Shown here: piece by piece, positions 12,461 through 31,591 of the stretch
Position numbering within the stretch: the first letter of the stretch is position 1
Layout: every line of letters begins with the position of its first letter
Assembly: GCA_002104945.1 (NCBI GenBank)
Contig: MCFH01000048.1
Coordinates: forward strand, 186,001-250,000
Reading direction: 5' to 3'
Length of the DNA: 64,000 nt
DNA from: Piromyces finnis finn
Taxonomy: Eukaryota > Fungi > Neocallimastigomycota
The notes under the pieces: model-generated
Database searches by the model: none
What the model was told of the DNA's origin: nothing
Seen by the model: only the letters and a program-made list of their open reading frames with translations
Translations under genes and position numbers: made by a program

Positions 12461-13081
12461 TGTCATGAATATTAGTGGATTCATGATTATTTATTTAATT
12501 AGTGTTTTATTCGTTTAATTAATTAGAAATATTTTATTATAAAACATAATTAAATAATATTTTAAGAGATATTAATTAATTATAATTATTAAGATTTTAT
12601 ATTTATTAAAGTTTGAATTAATATCTCTTTGTTCATTTGATTAAGAAGGAAATTAAAACTAAATTATAAAATAATCATTCCTTCTACAAATGATTGATAA
12701 TATGACTTTTATAATTATTAAATTTAACACGAGTGAAAAGTCATATATAATTAATATATAATTAATTTATGGAATAGTTAATTAATATAAATAATTAGTC
12801 ATGTATTAAATTTAAAATGTATTCCTTAATATCAGAGATAGTATAAAAACTCGAGAAAATTCCTATCATTAGGAATTTCGAGAGTTCATTACTTTTAATA
12901 TTTACTCTAATTATAATAATAACTAATAAATAAAGATTTTTCTTTAAATAAAAATTTATTAATAAATAAAGTTAATAAAATATTATTTATTTAAAAATTT
13001 ACTAATTCATTTATTTAATTAATTGATAAACTTAGGGTAAATATGTACGTTCCGACCTAACTGAAGTGAAATCCTTTAACA
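12461..13081 (+). mobile_element. Solo LTR H (TGTCATG...TTTAACA), chromovirus-LTR-like
   Basis: ATAAT on both sides. ACGTTCCGACC near the end resembles ACATTCTGACC of the family-T LTR. Confidence 0.65.
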
Positions 13082-13086
13082 ATAAT

Positions 13087-15237
<2,151 letters not shown>

Positions 15238-15311
15238 TTAAAACACAGATAGTTAAAAATTAAAATAATTAACTTGTATAAAATTATTAAATTAAAAATT
15301 ATAAATGTAAA

Positions 15312-15342
<31 letters not shown>

Positions 15343-15818
15343 TAAATTAAATAATTTATATTTGTTTATAATTATACTTTAAAATAATAATTTTGTATAA
15401 ATAGTGATAGAGTTACCTTATTTTAAAAGATGTTCCTAATAATCCATAAAAATTAGATATAGTTATATTAAATTTATATATTATGGTTACTAATTATCCA
15501 AGAGAGAAAAATTAGATATTTATACTTAATAAAACAATATTTATTTTACAACATTTATAATACATACTAGATGTATTAAATTTTAATTATTTAATAATAC
15601 TAGAGTTATTAAATAATATGATGATATAATAATTTTATAATTAAATAAAATAACATTTTATATTAAAAACTAACTAATACTTGCAAATGAACAAGTATAA
15701 AAATCATTTATTCTATTTTTATTTTCCTTATTTTTATTTATAAATTTTTAGATACAGATATTATCACTTTCTATAGTAAAATATAGAATTAAGATAATAT
15801 CCTCTTCGTATCATTTGT

Positions 15819-15869
15819 TGATACGCTACTCTCATAAAAACATAATAAAAACTAACTGAATAAACACGT
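15819..15869 (+). mobile_element. 51-bp 5' fragment of an LTR related to the element 1 LTR (family I)
   Basis: TGATACGCTACTCTCATAAAAA resembles the sense start of the element 1 LTR, TGATACGTTACCTCTATAAAAA. Confidence 0.55.
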
Positions 15870-18430
15870 TGTCAAAATCACAATTCATGAAATTTGACAT
15901 TTCATGAAATTTCATAATTTTGAATTAGTAGTTAAATTAATTAGAATATTAATTTAATAATATTTTACTAATAATAGTTTATTTAATATAAATATTAATT
16001 GGAAAGCTATGTATTATCCGGAGATAAATAGTGTAACAATTAATTAATATTAAACAAACCAATTAGTAAAATAAGATTCATTTAAATAATTATTAATATT
16101 ATTTTTAACAACTTATTAATATCGATATTTAAAGAAAACTACATTATTATTATATTTTTAAAACTCCACCTAACAACCAGCTCTCTGAAGAAGTAAAAAT
16201 TAACTTTGTTGTTGTTATATTACGTGATTCTGTCAGAATTTGGTACCACATTAAATATAAAGATGGTGTAAAGATATAATATATATCTTTATATTATTTA
16301 ATTAATTACTAATTACTAAATAATTAATATTTAGTAAAATTGATTATAAAGTTTTGGAATAAATTATTATGGAATAATTTAATAATAAGTTATTTTACAA
16401 TAATTCCGTTAAATTAAAATAAATATTTAAATTTAAAGAATAAAAGAACTTTAATTAAATTTAAATATTAAATATTTTAAATATTCAAAATATTTTTAAA
16501 TACTTTTTATTTAATTTTAGAATAGATTATACTTTTTTATTTAAATTTAGAATAGTTTAGTAATTTTAACTTAATTTTAAAAATAGATTTGTTTATATTT
16601 CAATAAGAAATATATTATGAATAGTATTAATAATATTAAATTAATTTATAGATAATACATGGGTTTTATTCAATTTTGAGTTTACTCAATTTGAATTAAA
16701 AGTATAATGAATTAGTTTTAGTTTAGCTTTATTATTTTATTATTTAATTAGATTAGTTTTGTTTATTTTATATTAAATATATGTTTATTTAAATAGAATA
16801 ATATATTAGAGTATAATTATGAAAAAATATAAATACATGTAATTTTTGTTTGTTAAACCAATATAATTGTTATTTTAATTTTTTTATTTATTAACTATTA
16901 TATAGTTAATAATATTTTTAAGAGTTTAAAATAAAAATGTTTTTTTAAATAAAAATTTAATGTTTTATTTTTTATTTTTGTGTTTATAAAAATTATTTTG
17001 TTTTAAATATAAAATCTGTTTTAAATTTTATACTTTTACAGATGGTATTGCTTCTATGACTATGAACGAACTATTAAGCGAATTAAGCAAAGCTTTTTCA
17101 AATGATACTATTATAAAATTAGCCAAGATTCAATTATTAGAATTAAGACAAACTTATGGAAAGGTGAAGAAGATTATAATTCTAAAAAGATAATGAAGAA
17201 AGCTTTAAATTAGAAGAAGTGCTAGAGCAATATCGCAATATAGCCGATGTTTTTAGCAAGATTAAAGCTAATAAACTACCATCATATAGGTTAATGGACT
17301 GAAAGATTATATTACAAAAGGATGCTTCCTTATATTATGGTCTTATATATCCTTTATCTGAAAATAAATCACAATTTCTTAAAGAATATATAGATGAAAA
17401 TCTCAAAAAAGAATTCGTTAGACCATCTGGATGGCTGGTTACCCTACTTTATTTTAGAAAGAAAAGGATGGATGGTTAAGTTTTTGTATAGACTACAAAA
17501 AATTAAATACAGTTACAATTCGCAACTTTTGCCCACTTCCTCAAATTACTTGTATAAAGAATATTCAACATTTTGTTGGATTGTACAACTATTATAGAAA
17601 ATTAATAAAAGATTTTGCTTCTATTGCAAAGCTGCTCCACAATTTAACTAAGAAAAATACCACTTTTTTATGGACCGACAAGTGTAATAATTCATTTTTA
17701 GAATTAAAAAAAGACTAATTTATTCACCTACTTTATTACATCCAGATCCAACCAAACCATTGTCGAATGCGATACTAGTAATTTTGCTATTGGTTGCATA
17801 CTTTCTCAAAAAGATGAAAATAACATCCTTTAGCATACTATTCAAGATGTTTAAACTGCTGAATTAAATTATTCAATTACTGAAAAAGAACTCTTAGTTA
17901 TAAAATGTGAATTTTCTACCTGAAGACATTTATTACTAGGTGCTAAATGAAAAGATATCAACGCCACAACATGATATCTTGTAACTTAAGCCATGGATAT
18001 TATTGTTTAAGTTATACTAATTATATTACAGAAAAAGAAAATGAGACATAATTTATTTATTAATAATTATAGTTTAAAACAAAATAAATTATTAATTTAT
18101 TTTTAATGTTTAACAAGTAAATTAAAATTTTCAATTTAATTTCTTAGTTTTAGTATTGTTTTTGATAGAAATAGATATAATATAATATAAAAGTATTTAG
18201 GAAAAATATAAATAGAAGATATTTTTCATCATTTTATCGATGTAATTGTTTTTTTTTTCTTCTTAAATAAAATAAAGTTTTAATAAAGAAATCATTTTTT
18301 TAAAAGGAAATTTTAATATTATTATTGTAAAAGCAACCTATTTTTTTTACCAATACTTTACACTAAATACCAAGTAACCGTTTTTAATGACCATAAAGAT
18401 TTTTTTATATACTTTAGGTGGTAAAACTAA
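15870..18430 (+). pseudogene. Decayed, internally deleted chromovirus (gag, RT and RNase H remnants) related to element 3
   Basis: LSEEVKINFVVVILRDSVRIWYHIKYKDG|IASMTMNELL matches element 3 Gag. VFSK..KLP, CIDYKKLN, YNYYRK and KYQVTVFNDHK..YTLGGK match its Pol, with stops and frameshifts. The right end is approximate. Confidence 0.85.
16267..17040. mobile_element. Family-J solo LTR, inverted relative to the copy at 14010, inserted in the decayed gag
   Basis: TG..CA ends and 5-bp TSD GATGG. Removing it rejoins the gag reading frame. Confidence 0.9.
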
Positions 18431-20026
18431 TGATATTTATTTAAAGAAAAATAATTAAAATTTTTAAAGTTTTAGGTTTTATAGGAGTTTATAAATTTTA
18501 TTAACTTTAAGTTAAAAAATTACTAACGCTAAAGCTTCGTAATTTTTGTCAATTTTTGTTCTTTTTATACTTGAACAATTTTAATAATTACATTTTTAAT
18601 TTTAATTAATTATTGTTTAATTATAAAATATTTAATTTTTATAAATTAATAATTAATATAATTATTGTAAATAGTTAATAAATTTAAAATAAAATTTTTA
18701 ATAATAAAATTTTAATAATTTAAAAAATTTAAAAATTCCAAAGGGTTAGTAATTTTATACTTTTAAAAAAATAAATTTTTTCAATGTGGTCCAAATATTT
18801 TAAATTTTTTATATAGTGACAGACGGAACAAATAAAAATAACTAAAGGAATTATGTTTCTTTGGGTAAGGAAATAATCTAATTATCATTGAATCATAAAT
18901 AATGTTATGATTGGATAAATATATATATAATTATATATAAATAAGAAACAATAAAGATAATATTAAAAAAGTGACCTTTCCAGAGAGGGAAAGTGATCGG
19001 AATGAGTTAAGCAGTAAATTTTATATTTGAATAGTAATGTGTTTTTTTTTTTTTTATTTTATGTAATTTAATATTGATTTTATAAAATTGTAAATAACTT
19101 GTTAAGATAGTTTAAATGTTTTAATGTTTATAAATGTAAATTTAAATTATTATTATAATTGTAGAAGAACAAGTATAAATAAAGAAATAAATAAAAATAT
19201 TTGTTTAAACACTAAAAAATGAATATTTATTAGAATATATTATTTTGTCATAATTCCCTATTGTCATATCCATATAAAAAATAGGATACATTAAAAATAT
19301 TTCGTATCAAAAATGATACGTGGCGAACAGAAAACACCATTTTTAGCACTCTAGGTCAATTCATAAGGATTAAAATAATGATAAAAGTAATTGATAACTC
19401 TTTAAGATAAATGATTAATAATTCTATAAAAAATATAATATTATTCAAAAATATATTGGTCAGCCCATCAAAAAATTGGTTGCTTTACTTATTTTTGTTT
19501 AAAATGAAAAGTTTTTTTTCAGTTTTTCAAGAGTTTAACTGGATTCAGAATAAGTTTTAGATAATAAGGATAATATATCTAATTATATTTAATGCAATAA
19601 TTAATGTAAATGATTTAACAGATTATTTTAGAACAACTTTAAAAGTAAACTTTAATATTTGATTTTTCGAAAGGATGGAAATTACAACACTGCAAAATTA
19701 TTATCCATTACCATAAATAAATAATGGAACTTAAAAAGCCTGATAGTGGGACTTTTATTAATAGATAAAGAAAATATAAAATTAACTTTTATAAGCAATT
19801 GATAACATTTTAATGTAAATTAATAAAAACAAAAAGAAAGTATAAACTTTTTTTTTAATAAAACTTATTTTTTAATTTTAATAAATGTTTTGTTTTATTA
19901 ATTTTTTTTAATACTTTATGTAATGAATATAAATATATTTTTTAAAAAATATATATTAAAAAATAAACGAAAAAAATATAAGTTATATAACTAAATAAAT
20001 CATTTATTTAAATAAAAATAAAAACA

Positions 20027-20090
<64 letters not shown>

Positions 20091-21657
20091 ATTCTACTTT
20101 AGGTAACTAAATATAACTAAATATATATATATATTCTTTTCTTTACTATAATTTGCTAATATAAAAGTTATTTATTTACTTTCTTTATTCATTAATAATT
20201 TTAAATATTATATGTTTTAAAGATTTTTTTATATTATTATTCTTAATCAAAAAAACGAGCACTTAAATATTTAAAACATCCTGAGAAGTTCTTTTCAAAG
20301 TTCATGATATGCTAAGAGAATATATCTCAAAAACTTTTTTTATAAACATCTATTTAATAATTTTATTTAAACAAAAATATAAAGGTAAAGAACATCATAA
20401 TAGTAACTATGGTAATTAAATTACAAAGAAATTTATTTTTAAAAGAAATTAATAAAGTATTTTTTAATAATAAACATACAATTTAAATTTATATTATTGA
20501 TGTTTAATTATTTCTAAAGTTCTATCATCTATATAATATGGAACAAAGTCTGATATTTAAAATCCAATAGAAACATATCTCAATTTTCATAAAGTTTATG
20601 TAGAAATTATATAGCCTTTTAACTACTTTTGTTACTAAATAATATCCAAAATACAAATATTATACAATGAAACAATAAATACTTTGGTTATTTTAATTTT
20701 TTTTTTTTTAAAGTTTTTTTCACTAGGCTTTAGATTTTTGTTTTTATAATTGTTATGATAAAAATTTGAATACCTTATATATATTATATACTATTAACTA
20801 ATATATGATATTATGATATTAGTATAAAATTTATGAAAATATATATATAAAAAAAAAACTAAAGTAATAAAAGATTTATAATGATTTTTTTCTTTTTTTT
20901 TTTTAATAATGTTTAACTTAAAGTACAAAATAAATTAATTATTTATATAAAAAAAGAATATTATCAATATTAACTTACTTTTTTTTTATTCTAATTACTA
21001 TATATATATATTATTTATTATTAATAATTAAATTTATTTTTTTTTTTCTTTCTCGAAAGAGTGTGACTATTTGACTTTTGTCAAACAATTAGATATAAAT
21101 GAAATTAAAAATTGTGTTAACTAACTCTTGAACCTTTAAAATAGAACTAACCCTTTTATTGAGAAATAATATTTATTATTAAAAAATAATTTTAAAGTTT
21201 AAATATTAAATTTAAAAATTACATTTTAATTTATTTTTTAATATATTAAATATATGTATGATTGGTTAAACAATTTAAAAATATTTTAATTTTTTTTTTT
21301 TTTTTATTTTTTATTTTAACTTCAAAATTTAAAAAAAAAAAAAAAGAATATTAATATTCAAAATACCCAATTATAAAATATAATACATTATTTATTTATT
21401 TATTTTTAATTTATTATTTTAAAAGGTATGTTTAACAATTATATACATTATTATTAATATAATATATGAATAGTTTGCTAAGTAAAGACTAAACTATTAT
21501 TTTTTGTATTTTAAATTTAATAACTATAAAACATTATTAAATCCATTAAATATATAATTAATATTATAATTTCATATTTATATAATAATACAATGAAAAA
21601 AAAATTAACAATTTTAAAAAACGTATAAATTATATTCAGGATTAATAATTAATAAAA

Positions 21658-23640
21658 ATGATTTCAGCTTTAGCTTGGATTAAAAAAGGTGCTGCTAAGC
21701 AATTTCCAGAAAAATACAATTTATCTGAACAAGAATATGAAAGAATTTCAAGTTTAACTGAACAACAAGCAAACGACGCTAAACAAGAATTAAATCAAGC
21801 TCCAGCAAAGTAAATATCATAAAAATTTAATTTATATGAATACAAATGAAAATTTAAATTTGTTCTTAGAATATAATAAAAAATAATTACCATGCAATTT
21901 TAATATATAAATGAATGAAATATCTAACTATTCAAAGATTATTATTAAATATTCATTCAATTTAATTAAAATAATCAATCTTAATCAACAAATATTATAT
22001 ATATTTTCAGTAAATGAATTAGATTAACTATATATTTAAAACATAGATATAATACAATAGGTTATTAGAGAAAATGATTAAAATAAATTCTAATTATATT
22101 ATTATTCTAAATATTTTGAAAAACAAAAAAGAAATCAGTTATTTAAAATTATTAATTTAATAATATGATTCAACTCCTTATTTTTCTTTATTTAATTATT
22201 ATTCTTATTATTCTTTATTATTGTTATAAAATAATATTAAAATTATTGTTTCATATTTTTAATAATAGTGAAAATACTGATATTGAAGTTGAACCAACTG
22301 TTAATGATAAACCAGCTGATAATGATGATGAATTAGCTGAATACAATTTAGATGATTATGATAATGAAGTTAGAAGTGAACGTGGTCCACAAATTTTCTC
22401 TAATTTAGCTGGTTTAACTTACTATTCTAATAACAAAGAAGATCCATACATTACTCTTGATGATGCTGAAGATGAAAAAGAAGAAATGAATGAATTAGAA
22501 ATTCTTCCAACTGATAACTTATTAATTACTGCTAAAACTGAAGATGAAATTTCTCACTTAGAAATTTACACCTACATTGAAGAAGAAGATAATTTATATA
22601 TTCACCACGATATTATGTTACCCTCTTTCCCATTATGTGTTGAATGGTTAGATTTCAAACTTGGTCGTAAAGCTAATGAACAAGGTACTGGTAACTATGT
22701 TGCTGTCGGTACTTTTGATCCAACCATTGAAATTTGGGATTTAGATACTGTTGATGCTATGTACCCAGATGTTATTCTTGGTGAAACCAAAAAGCGTGGA
22801 AGATTTACTAACAGAAAGATTAATAATGAAAGACACATTGCTGCTGTCATGGGTCTTTCCTGGAACAAAACTCACAGAAACTTATTAGCTAGTAGTTCTG
22901 CTGATACCACTGTTAAACTTTGGGATATTCAAACTGCTAAGTGTCTTCATTCCTACAATCATCATACTGACAAGGTTCAAGCTGTTCAATGGAACCCAGC
23001 TGAAACTACTGTTTTATTAACCGGTTCTTATGATAAGCGTGTCTGTTGTTTCGATAGTCGTTCACCACAAGCTGTTTCAGAATGGGGTTTAACTGCTGAT
23101 GTTGAATGCTTAAAATGGAACCCACACAAGCCAGAATATTTCTATGTTAGTACTGAAGATGGTCTTGTAAAGTGTTTCGATGCTCGTACCAATAATAGTA
23201 AAGAATTATTTACTTTACAAGCTCATGATGGTCCAGTTTCTGCTCTTGATGTTAATCCATTAATTAGTGATTGTATTATTACTGGTTCTGTTGATAAGCA
23301 AGTTAGAATTTGGAATATTGCTAACAATCAACCAACTTGCGTTGTTTCTCGTAACTTAGATGTTGGTAAGGTCTTTGCTGCTTCCTTCTCTTTAGATTCA
23401 CCATTCCTTGCCGCTGTTTCTGGTAGTAAGGGTAAGGTTGCTATTTGGAATACTATTGATAATGCCACCGTTAGAAAGACTTTTGCTGATCGTGTTAATA
23501 TTGATACTCCAGTAAATGCTGAAAAGAGTGAAGTTGTTACTTTACAAGATGATAAAGAACCAGAATCCGATTCTGAAGAAGAAGGTAATGCTGATAAGGG
23601 AATGGATGTTGATGATTCTGAAGAAGAAGATAATGAATAA
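21658..23640 (+). CDS. PWP1: Periodic tryptophan protein 1 (WD40, ribosome biogenesis); join(21658..21809,22269..23640), 507 aa
   Basis: Exon 1 encodes MISALAWIKKG. GT-AG intron keeps frame. Contains YIHHDIMLPSFPLCVEWLD, VAVGTFDPTIEIWDLD, WD repeats and an acidic tail. Confidence 0.92.
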
Positions 23641-24108
23641 ATGTAATATTATCTATAAGCCTATATTATTCATTATGACATATCTTTTAATTTATTACCC
23701 GCAATTATTTTTATATTTCCATAGATTCACATACTCTATGTAAAAAATATTAACTAATTATATATAGATAGAATAAAAAAAAGTTAAAGTTTTTATTATT
23801 TTTAATATTTTAAGAAAGATTAAAGTAATGAACGTTTTTTTTTTTTTTTTTATTTTAAAAAAAAAAACTTTTCTTTTATATGATATATTTTAATTTTAAA
23901 AGTTTATAGAACATTAGCATTCATAATATTATAAATATTATTATATTATATATAAATTTAAATAAAATAAAAATTATATATATATATAAAAACAAAAAAA
24001 AATTAAAAAAGTTTAACTGCAATTATTATTATTGTTCATTTTAAAACAATACAACTAAATTATTTATTTAACACAATTTTTATTCAACAAATATTGATAA
24101 AAAAAACA

Positions 24109-25939
<1,831 letters not shown>

Positions 25940-26001
25940 TGTATGTTATGAATTAACTTTTTTTTTTTTTAAATGAGTAATTATTGATTTATCTTTTCTT
26001 T

Positions 26002-28023
26002 TTAAGCACAAGGTGCTACATAACCATATTTAAATATATCATCCATAAGGGCTGGATTTGCTACTATTTTAATTAAATGTTCATAACTCTTTTGGTCACC
26101 GTAAGAAGCTGCTTTTTCGAACCATCTTGCGGCTTCTTCTGCATCTTCTTTGCAACCATATCCTGATTCATAACATAAACCTAAGTGATACATTGCGCTA
26201 ATCGAGTCCTTAGCAGCAGCTTGTGAATACCAATAGAAAGATTCATCACGATTTTGTTCACATCCACTACCATAGAATAAATGATGAGCTAATTTAGTTT
26301 GAGCTCTTACATGACCTTGATTAGCTGCTAAACGGAAAAGACGAATAGCTTTTTCTCTATTTTGCTTTACACCACTACCTTCATCATAAAGTATGGCAAG
26401 GTTAGTTTGAGCCCACATATTACCTTGTGCAGCACTCTTTGAGTACCATATGACGGCGTTTTTATAACTTTTACGACATCCAATACCTTCTTCGTAGAGA
26501 TGTCCAAGGGTATTTTGAGCAAGATCATTATTACCTTCAGCACTAAGCTTGATCCAGTAGAAGGCCTTTTCTTCATCGATTTCAACTCCAATACCATTTC
26601 TATAACAACAACCGAGACTTAATTGGGCTGGTGGATGGTTTAAGTTGGCAGATTCTTGGTATAATTTAACAGCCATTTCTTCATCAATTTCAACACCTAA
26701 ACCATATTGATAGGCATAACCTAAGGAATGTAAAGCAAATGAGTTACCTGAATTTGCACTTTTTCTATACCACTCAACAGCTAATTTTTCATTCTTTGGA
26801 ACACCGATACCATATTGGTAGGCGTGTCCAAGATTATGTTGAGCACGGGAATGACCTTGAGAAGCAGCCTTTTGATACCAGTTAGCACCTTCTTCTTCAT
26901 TCTTTTCACAACCAATACCATTTTGAAGACAGAAACCAAGATTACACATGGCCCATTGATAACCTTGTTCAGCTGACAATTTATACCAGTAGACAGCCTT
27001 CTTTTCATTACGTTCTACACCTAAACCTTCTTCGTACATATAACCTAATGAATTTTGAGCGTAACAATTACCTAATTCTGCTGATCTCTTGTACCATTTT
27101 ACAGCTAAATCAATATTTTTTTCAATACCAATACCTTCTTCATAGCAGTGAGCAACATTGTACATACTAACAGATTCTCCCTTTTCAGCAGCTCTTAAAT
27201 ACCAGTAAAAAGCTAAATCAATATCTTTTTCAACACCGAAACCTTCACCATAACAGTAACCTAATATACCTTCACCACGTGGAAGACCGTCTTCAGCAGA
27301 TCTACGGTAGTAATATACAGCTTTTTCTGCATTCTTTTCAACACAAATACCATCATGATAGCATACACCAAGAGAATAAACAACTGCTGGATGTTTATCT
27401 AATTCTGCAACCTTTTCTATCCATTTGATGGCCTTTCTTCCTTGTTTTTGTGCTAATTCTATCCATTTATCAGATTCTTTTTTATCAATTTTAACAGATG
27501 GACGACCATATCTTCTTAAAAAGGCAATTCTAGTTTGGGCCAAACCATTACCTTTCTTTGCAGCATCTAAATATAAGTTTTCACATTTTTTGAAATCTGT
27601 TTCAACACCAAGTCCGAATTCATAACAAAAGGCGAGAATTGTCTATTATTATTTTGAAAAAATATAAAGATATATTTTAATTAATATATATTATATAATA
27701 TAATTGAAAAAAATTTTTTTGGTTCATTTCATTTGTTTAGAAAAGTTTCCCTTTTTTTTAATAATATATTACTTAAAATATATATAAATACTTACTTGAG
27801 CTTGTAATGAGTCTTCGTCTTGAACTTCATAGGCAGCTTTTCTTAAATATTCTACAGCCTTTTCTTCATTTTTTTCTGTGTCACCACGACCAAATAAATA
27901 GCGTTCAGCTATTTCAATTAAATCGTTTGCAGTTTCTTCTTTCATAATTTTTTCTTGATTTTCTATGTTTGAGTTTGGTTTAATTCTTTCAATTATATTT
28001 TGAAATAAAGTAAATTCTGGCAT
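26002..28023 (-). CDS. SEL1-like repeat protein (~15 repeats); join(28023..27796,27642..26002), ~622 aa
   Basis: Repeated A+..LG.CY..G.GVE.D...A..WY..AA..G motifs. GTAAGT...TAG intron in frame. Confidence 0.9.
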
Positions 28024-30838
28024 TTAGAAAATAAAAGATTGTAATATATTTTTGTATTTTCTTTTATTTTTTTGTAATATATTTTTGTATTTTCTTTTAT
28101 TTTTTTATCTTTTTCCTTTTTTATGTTCTAAAAAAAGTTTCTCTTTTATATTGTTTTACTAATAGCTTAATTTTGAAGAATATCTATATTAAATTATATA
28201 ATTCTATGTTATTACTTTTTATTATTTATTTATTGTTAAGTTATCATAATAATGATTATAATAATAATAATAATAACAATAATAATAACAATAATAATAA
28301 TAAATAATAAATGTAAATATTTACCTTTTTTTTTTTTACTAAGGTTTTAAATTACCTTATAAATGGAAAATAATAAATAATAATAAAAAAAAAGAATCTA
28401 AGGAATTATATATTTGAGTAATAATCCCTTAATTCCTTCTGAATGAAATTTTATTTTATAATATATAATAAAAATAATGATATGTTAGTTTTTTTTTTCT
28501 TTTTTTCGAAAAATTCTATTTTATTATATATATATTTTGCAATTTCATTATTCTATTATTTTCTCACAATAAAAATAATTTTCACTTCATTTGCTAATAT
28601 ATATTTTCTCTTAAAACTATTTTGCTTTCACTTATTATTTATGTTTATAGTTTTTTTTTTTTTCATTGTGTATATTAATTATATCTTATCATATTATTAT
28701 AGTGATGTTACTATATACTTTTTTTTTTAATCAATTTGTAAATTACTCTTATATTGTTGTTTTTATCATTGTTAACTATTTCTCTTTTATTTTTTTTATT
28801 ATTGTTTTATTGCTGTTAACTATTTCTTTTTTTTTTCTTTTTTTATTATTACTTTAATAATTTACTTTATAATAACTATAAAAATTATTTAATTACTTTT
28901 ACTTTTTTTTTTTTTTTTTTGAATTAAAGAGTAATTTAAAAAAAAAAAAAATTAAAGTTTTAAACTATAAAAATTAATTAATAAAAATTATATTAAATTT
29001 GTTCCCTTAAAAATATTTAAAACATTTTTTTTTTTTTGAAAATATTGGTTAAAGGTTGAAATTTTCTATTTTTCTCTTTATCAAAACTTTATTAAAAAAT
29101 ATCCTTAAAAATTTTAAAAGATATTGTGTTGAACTATAAATATGTATTTAATCATAACAATTTTGTTATCAAAAGATAAGTGAAGAAAAAAAAACCTTTT
29201 TTAATAGGAAAAAGATTAAAAAAGTGGACTTTCTTTTGTGAATAAAGGATTTTATTTTTTTTTTTTTGAAAACTTAATTTTGTTTTGAAAAAAAAAAAGA
29301 AAAAGATATTTTTTTTTTGTTTTTAAAAAATGCTTTTTTTTTTTTTTTTTAGAATTAATTTTAGAATTAATTTTATGGATTAAAAAAATTAAAAAATATT
29401 AATCGTTCTAGTATTAGTGATTAATGAATTAAGGTAAATAGTTGAAATTAATTTTAATTATAACTTTATAGTATAATTCATTAAAATAATAAATATAAAT
29501 ATAAATAATTCTATTTAAATAATATTTAATAATAAAATAAGTTCATTATTCTTATTTTATTTTAAGAATGATGCCTTTAAAATTAAAAGAACATTAACTG
29601 CTAGTAACTAAAAATTCTTTGAATAATTTAATATATACAATGGCTTATTAAAATAGTGAATATTAAATAAATATTAATTAAAGTTCCTTTTTTGTCCAAT
29701 CTCCTTTCGTAAAAATGCAAATTTTTAATATAATTAAAGTTTAAATATATTAAAAATGATATAAAAAAAATAATGTGCTTTATTTATATTAATTGTTAAA
29801 TTAAATTTTCTATTTATATATAAATTTCAAAGTTAATTTGATAGAATATTTTTTTAAATTGTGTAACCTTTATAACAATAAAATTATCTATTTTTGAGAA
29901 AAGAATAATAGGAACTGAAATTTTTAATTATTAATATTTTAAACTTTTAATATTAATATTTGTCTTATTGGTTAAAATAGATTAAATATTTAATTTTAGT
30001 ATCTTTTAATTTATTATTTAATATAATACCTAAAATTTAAATAAATTAATTATCATACTTTTTAAATTTATTATATATTAAAATTTGAAATTTCATTAAC
30101 AAAAAAAAAAGAATTAAAATTTTATTTTGTAATAAAATATGTACAAGTTTACTTTTTTGGTAAATTACATTTTGAAGGACGAAGGGGAAAAAAGCTTTTT
30201 ATAATTATTATTCTTTCTTCAAATATAGAGAAATGCTTTATTATTATACTTGTATCTTATAACATCTATACTTGCATTTTGTTACATTTACTTTAATAGG
30301 CTTAACTAATTATTTTTAACACATTTACAGTTCTTTAATGATATATATTTTATTATACTTGTATTTTATAACATTTGTAGTTCTTTAATAGGCTTTATAA
30401 ATCTAATTATTTTTAACAGATTTTCTAAAAATGTTATAACAATATATAAATTATTTAATTATATTAAGTTTCAGAGAATTTATCTTTATTATTTTTTATT
30501 TTATTATTATACAATAATAGTAGTTGGAAATATAGCATTCTATAACCTTTTTTTTACATATTACTTATTAAATCTAATATATATAAAGGAATTTTTTTAT
30601 ATTACTTATTAAATCTAATATATATAAAGGAATATAAACACTGAATGAATAAAAGTATTAAAAATATTATACCTAAATTAATGCAATAAATAGTAAACTT
30701 ACTTTTTACTCACGAGTAGTATATTGAGTTATTATTAATAAAAAATATAAATGATTCAAGATTATTATATAATAGAATATTATTATTATAATTAGTGAGT
30801 TGTAATACAAATAATAATTCACTCTCAATAATAAAAGG

Positions 30839-31591
30839 AAGTAGTATTTCAAAAATAATATACATTAATAATATCATTATTAGTATATTATATTAATTAA
30901 TTATAATTCTAATAGTAGAAATATAAATTTTAAAATTATTAATATTAAATAATATATAAATAATTTATTTTTAGAAACAACATTACATCAAATAATAATT
31001 AAGATATATAATTAATCTAAAATAAAAAATGTAAATTATATTCTATAATTGTTGCCTATGTAATAATAAATTAAAAAACGAAATACTTAAGTAGTATTTC
31101 AAAAATAATATACATTAATAATATCATTATTAGTATATTATATTAATTAGTTATAATTCTAATAGTAGAAATATAAATTTTAAAATTATTAATATTAAAT
31201 AATATATAAATAATTTATTTTTAGAAACAACATTACATCAAATAATAATTAAGATATATAATTAATCTAAAATAAAAAATGTAAATTATATTCTATAATT
31301 GTTGCCTATGTAATAATAAATTAAAAAACGAAATACTTAAGTAGTATTTCAAAAATAATATACATTAATAATATCATTATTAGTATATTATATTAATTAG
31401 TTATAATTCTAATAGTAGAAATATAAATTTTAAAATTATTAATATTAAATAATATATAAATAATTTATTTTTAGAAACAACATTACATCAAATAATAATT
31501 AAGATATATAATTAATCTAAAATAAAAAATGTAAATTATCATATTCTATAATTGTTGCCTATGTAATAATAAATTAAAAAACGAAATACTT
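30839..31591. repeat. Tandem repeat, 3 x 250 bp
   Basis: Units start at 30839, 31089 and 31339 and are nearly identical; the third has a 3-bp insertion. Confidence 0.95.

Noticed and set aside
26002-28023. Calling the SEL1 protein Chs4/Skt5 or Hrd3
   Set aside because: No CaaX end, signal peptide or TM segment seen; orthology cannot be assigned by eye.
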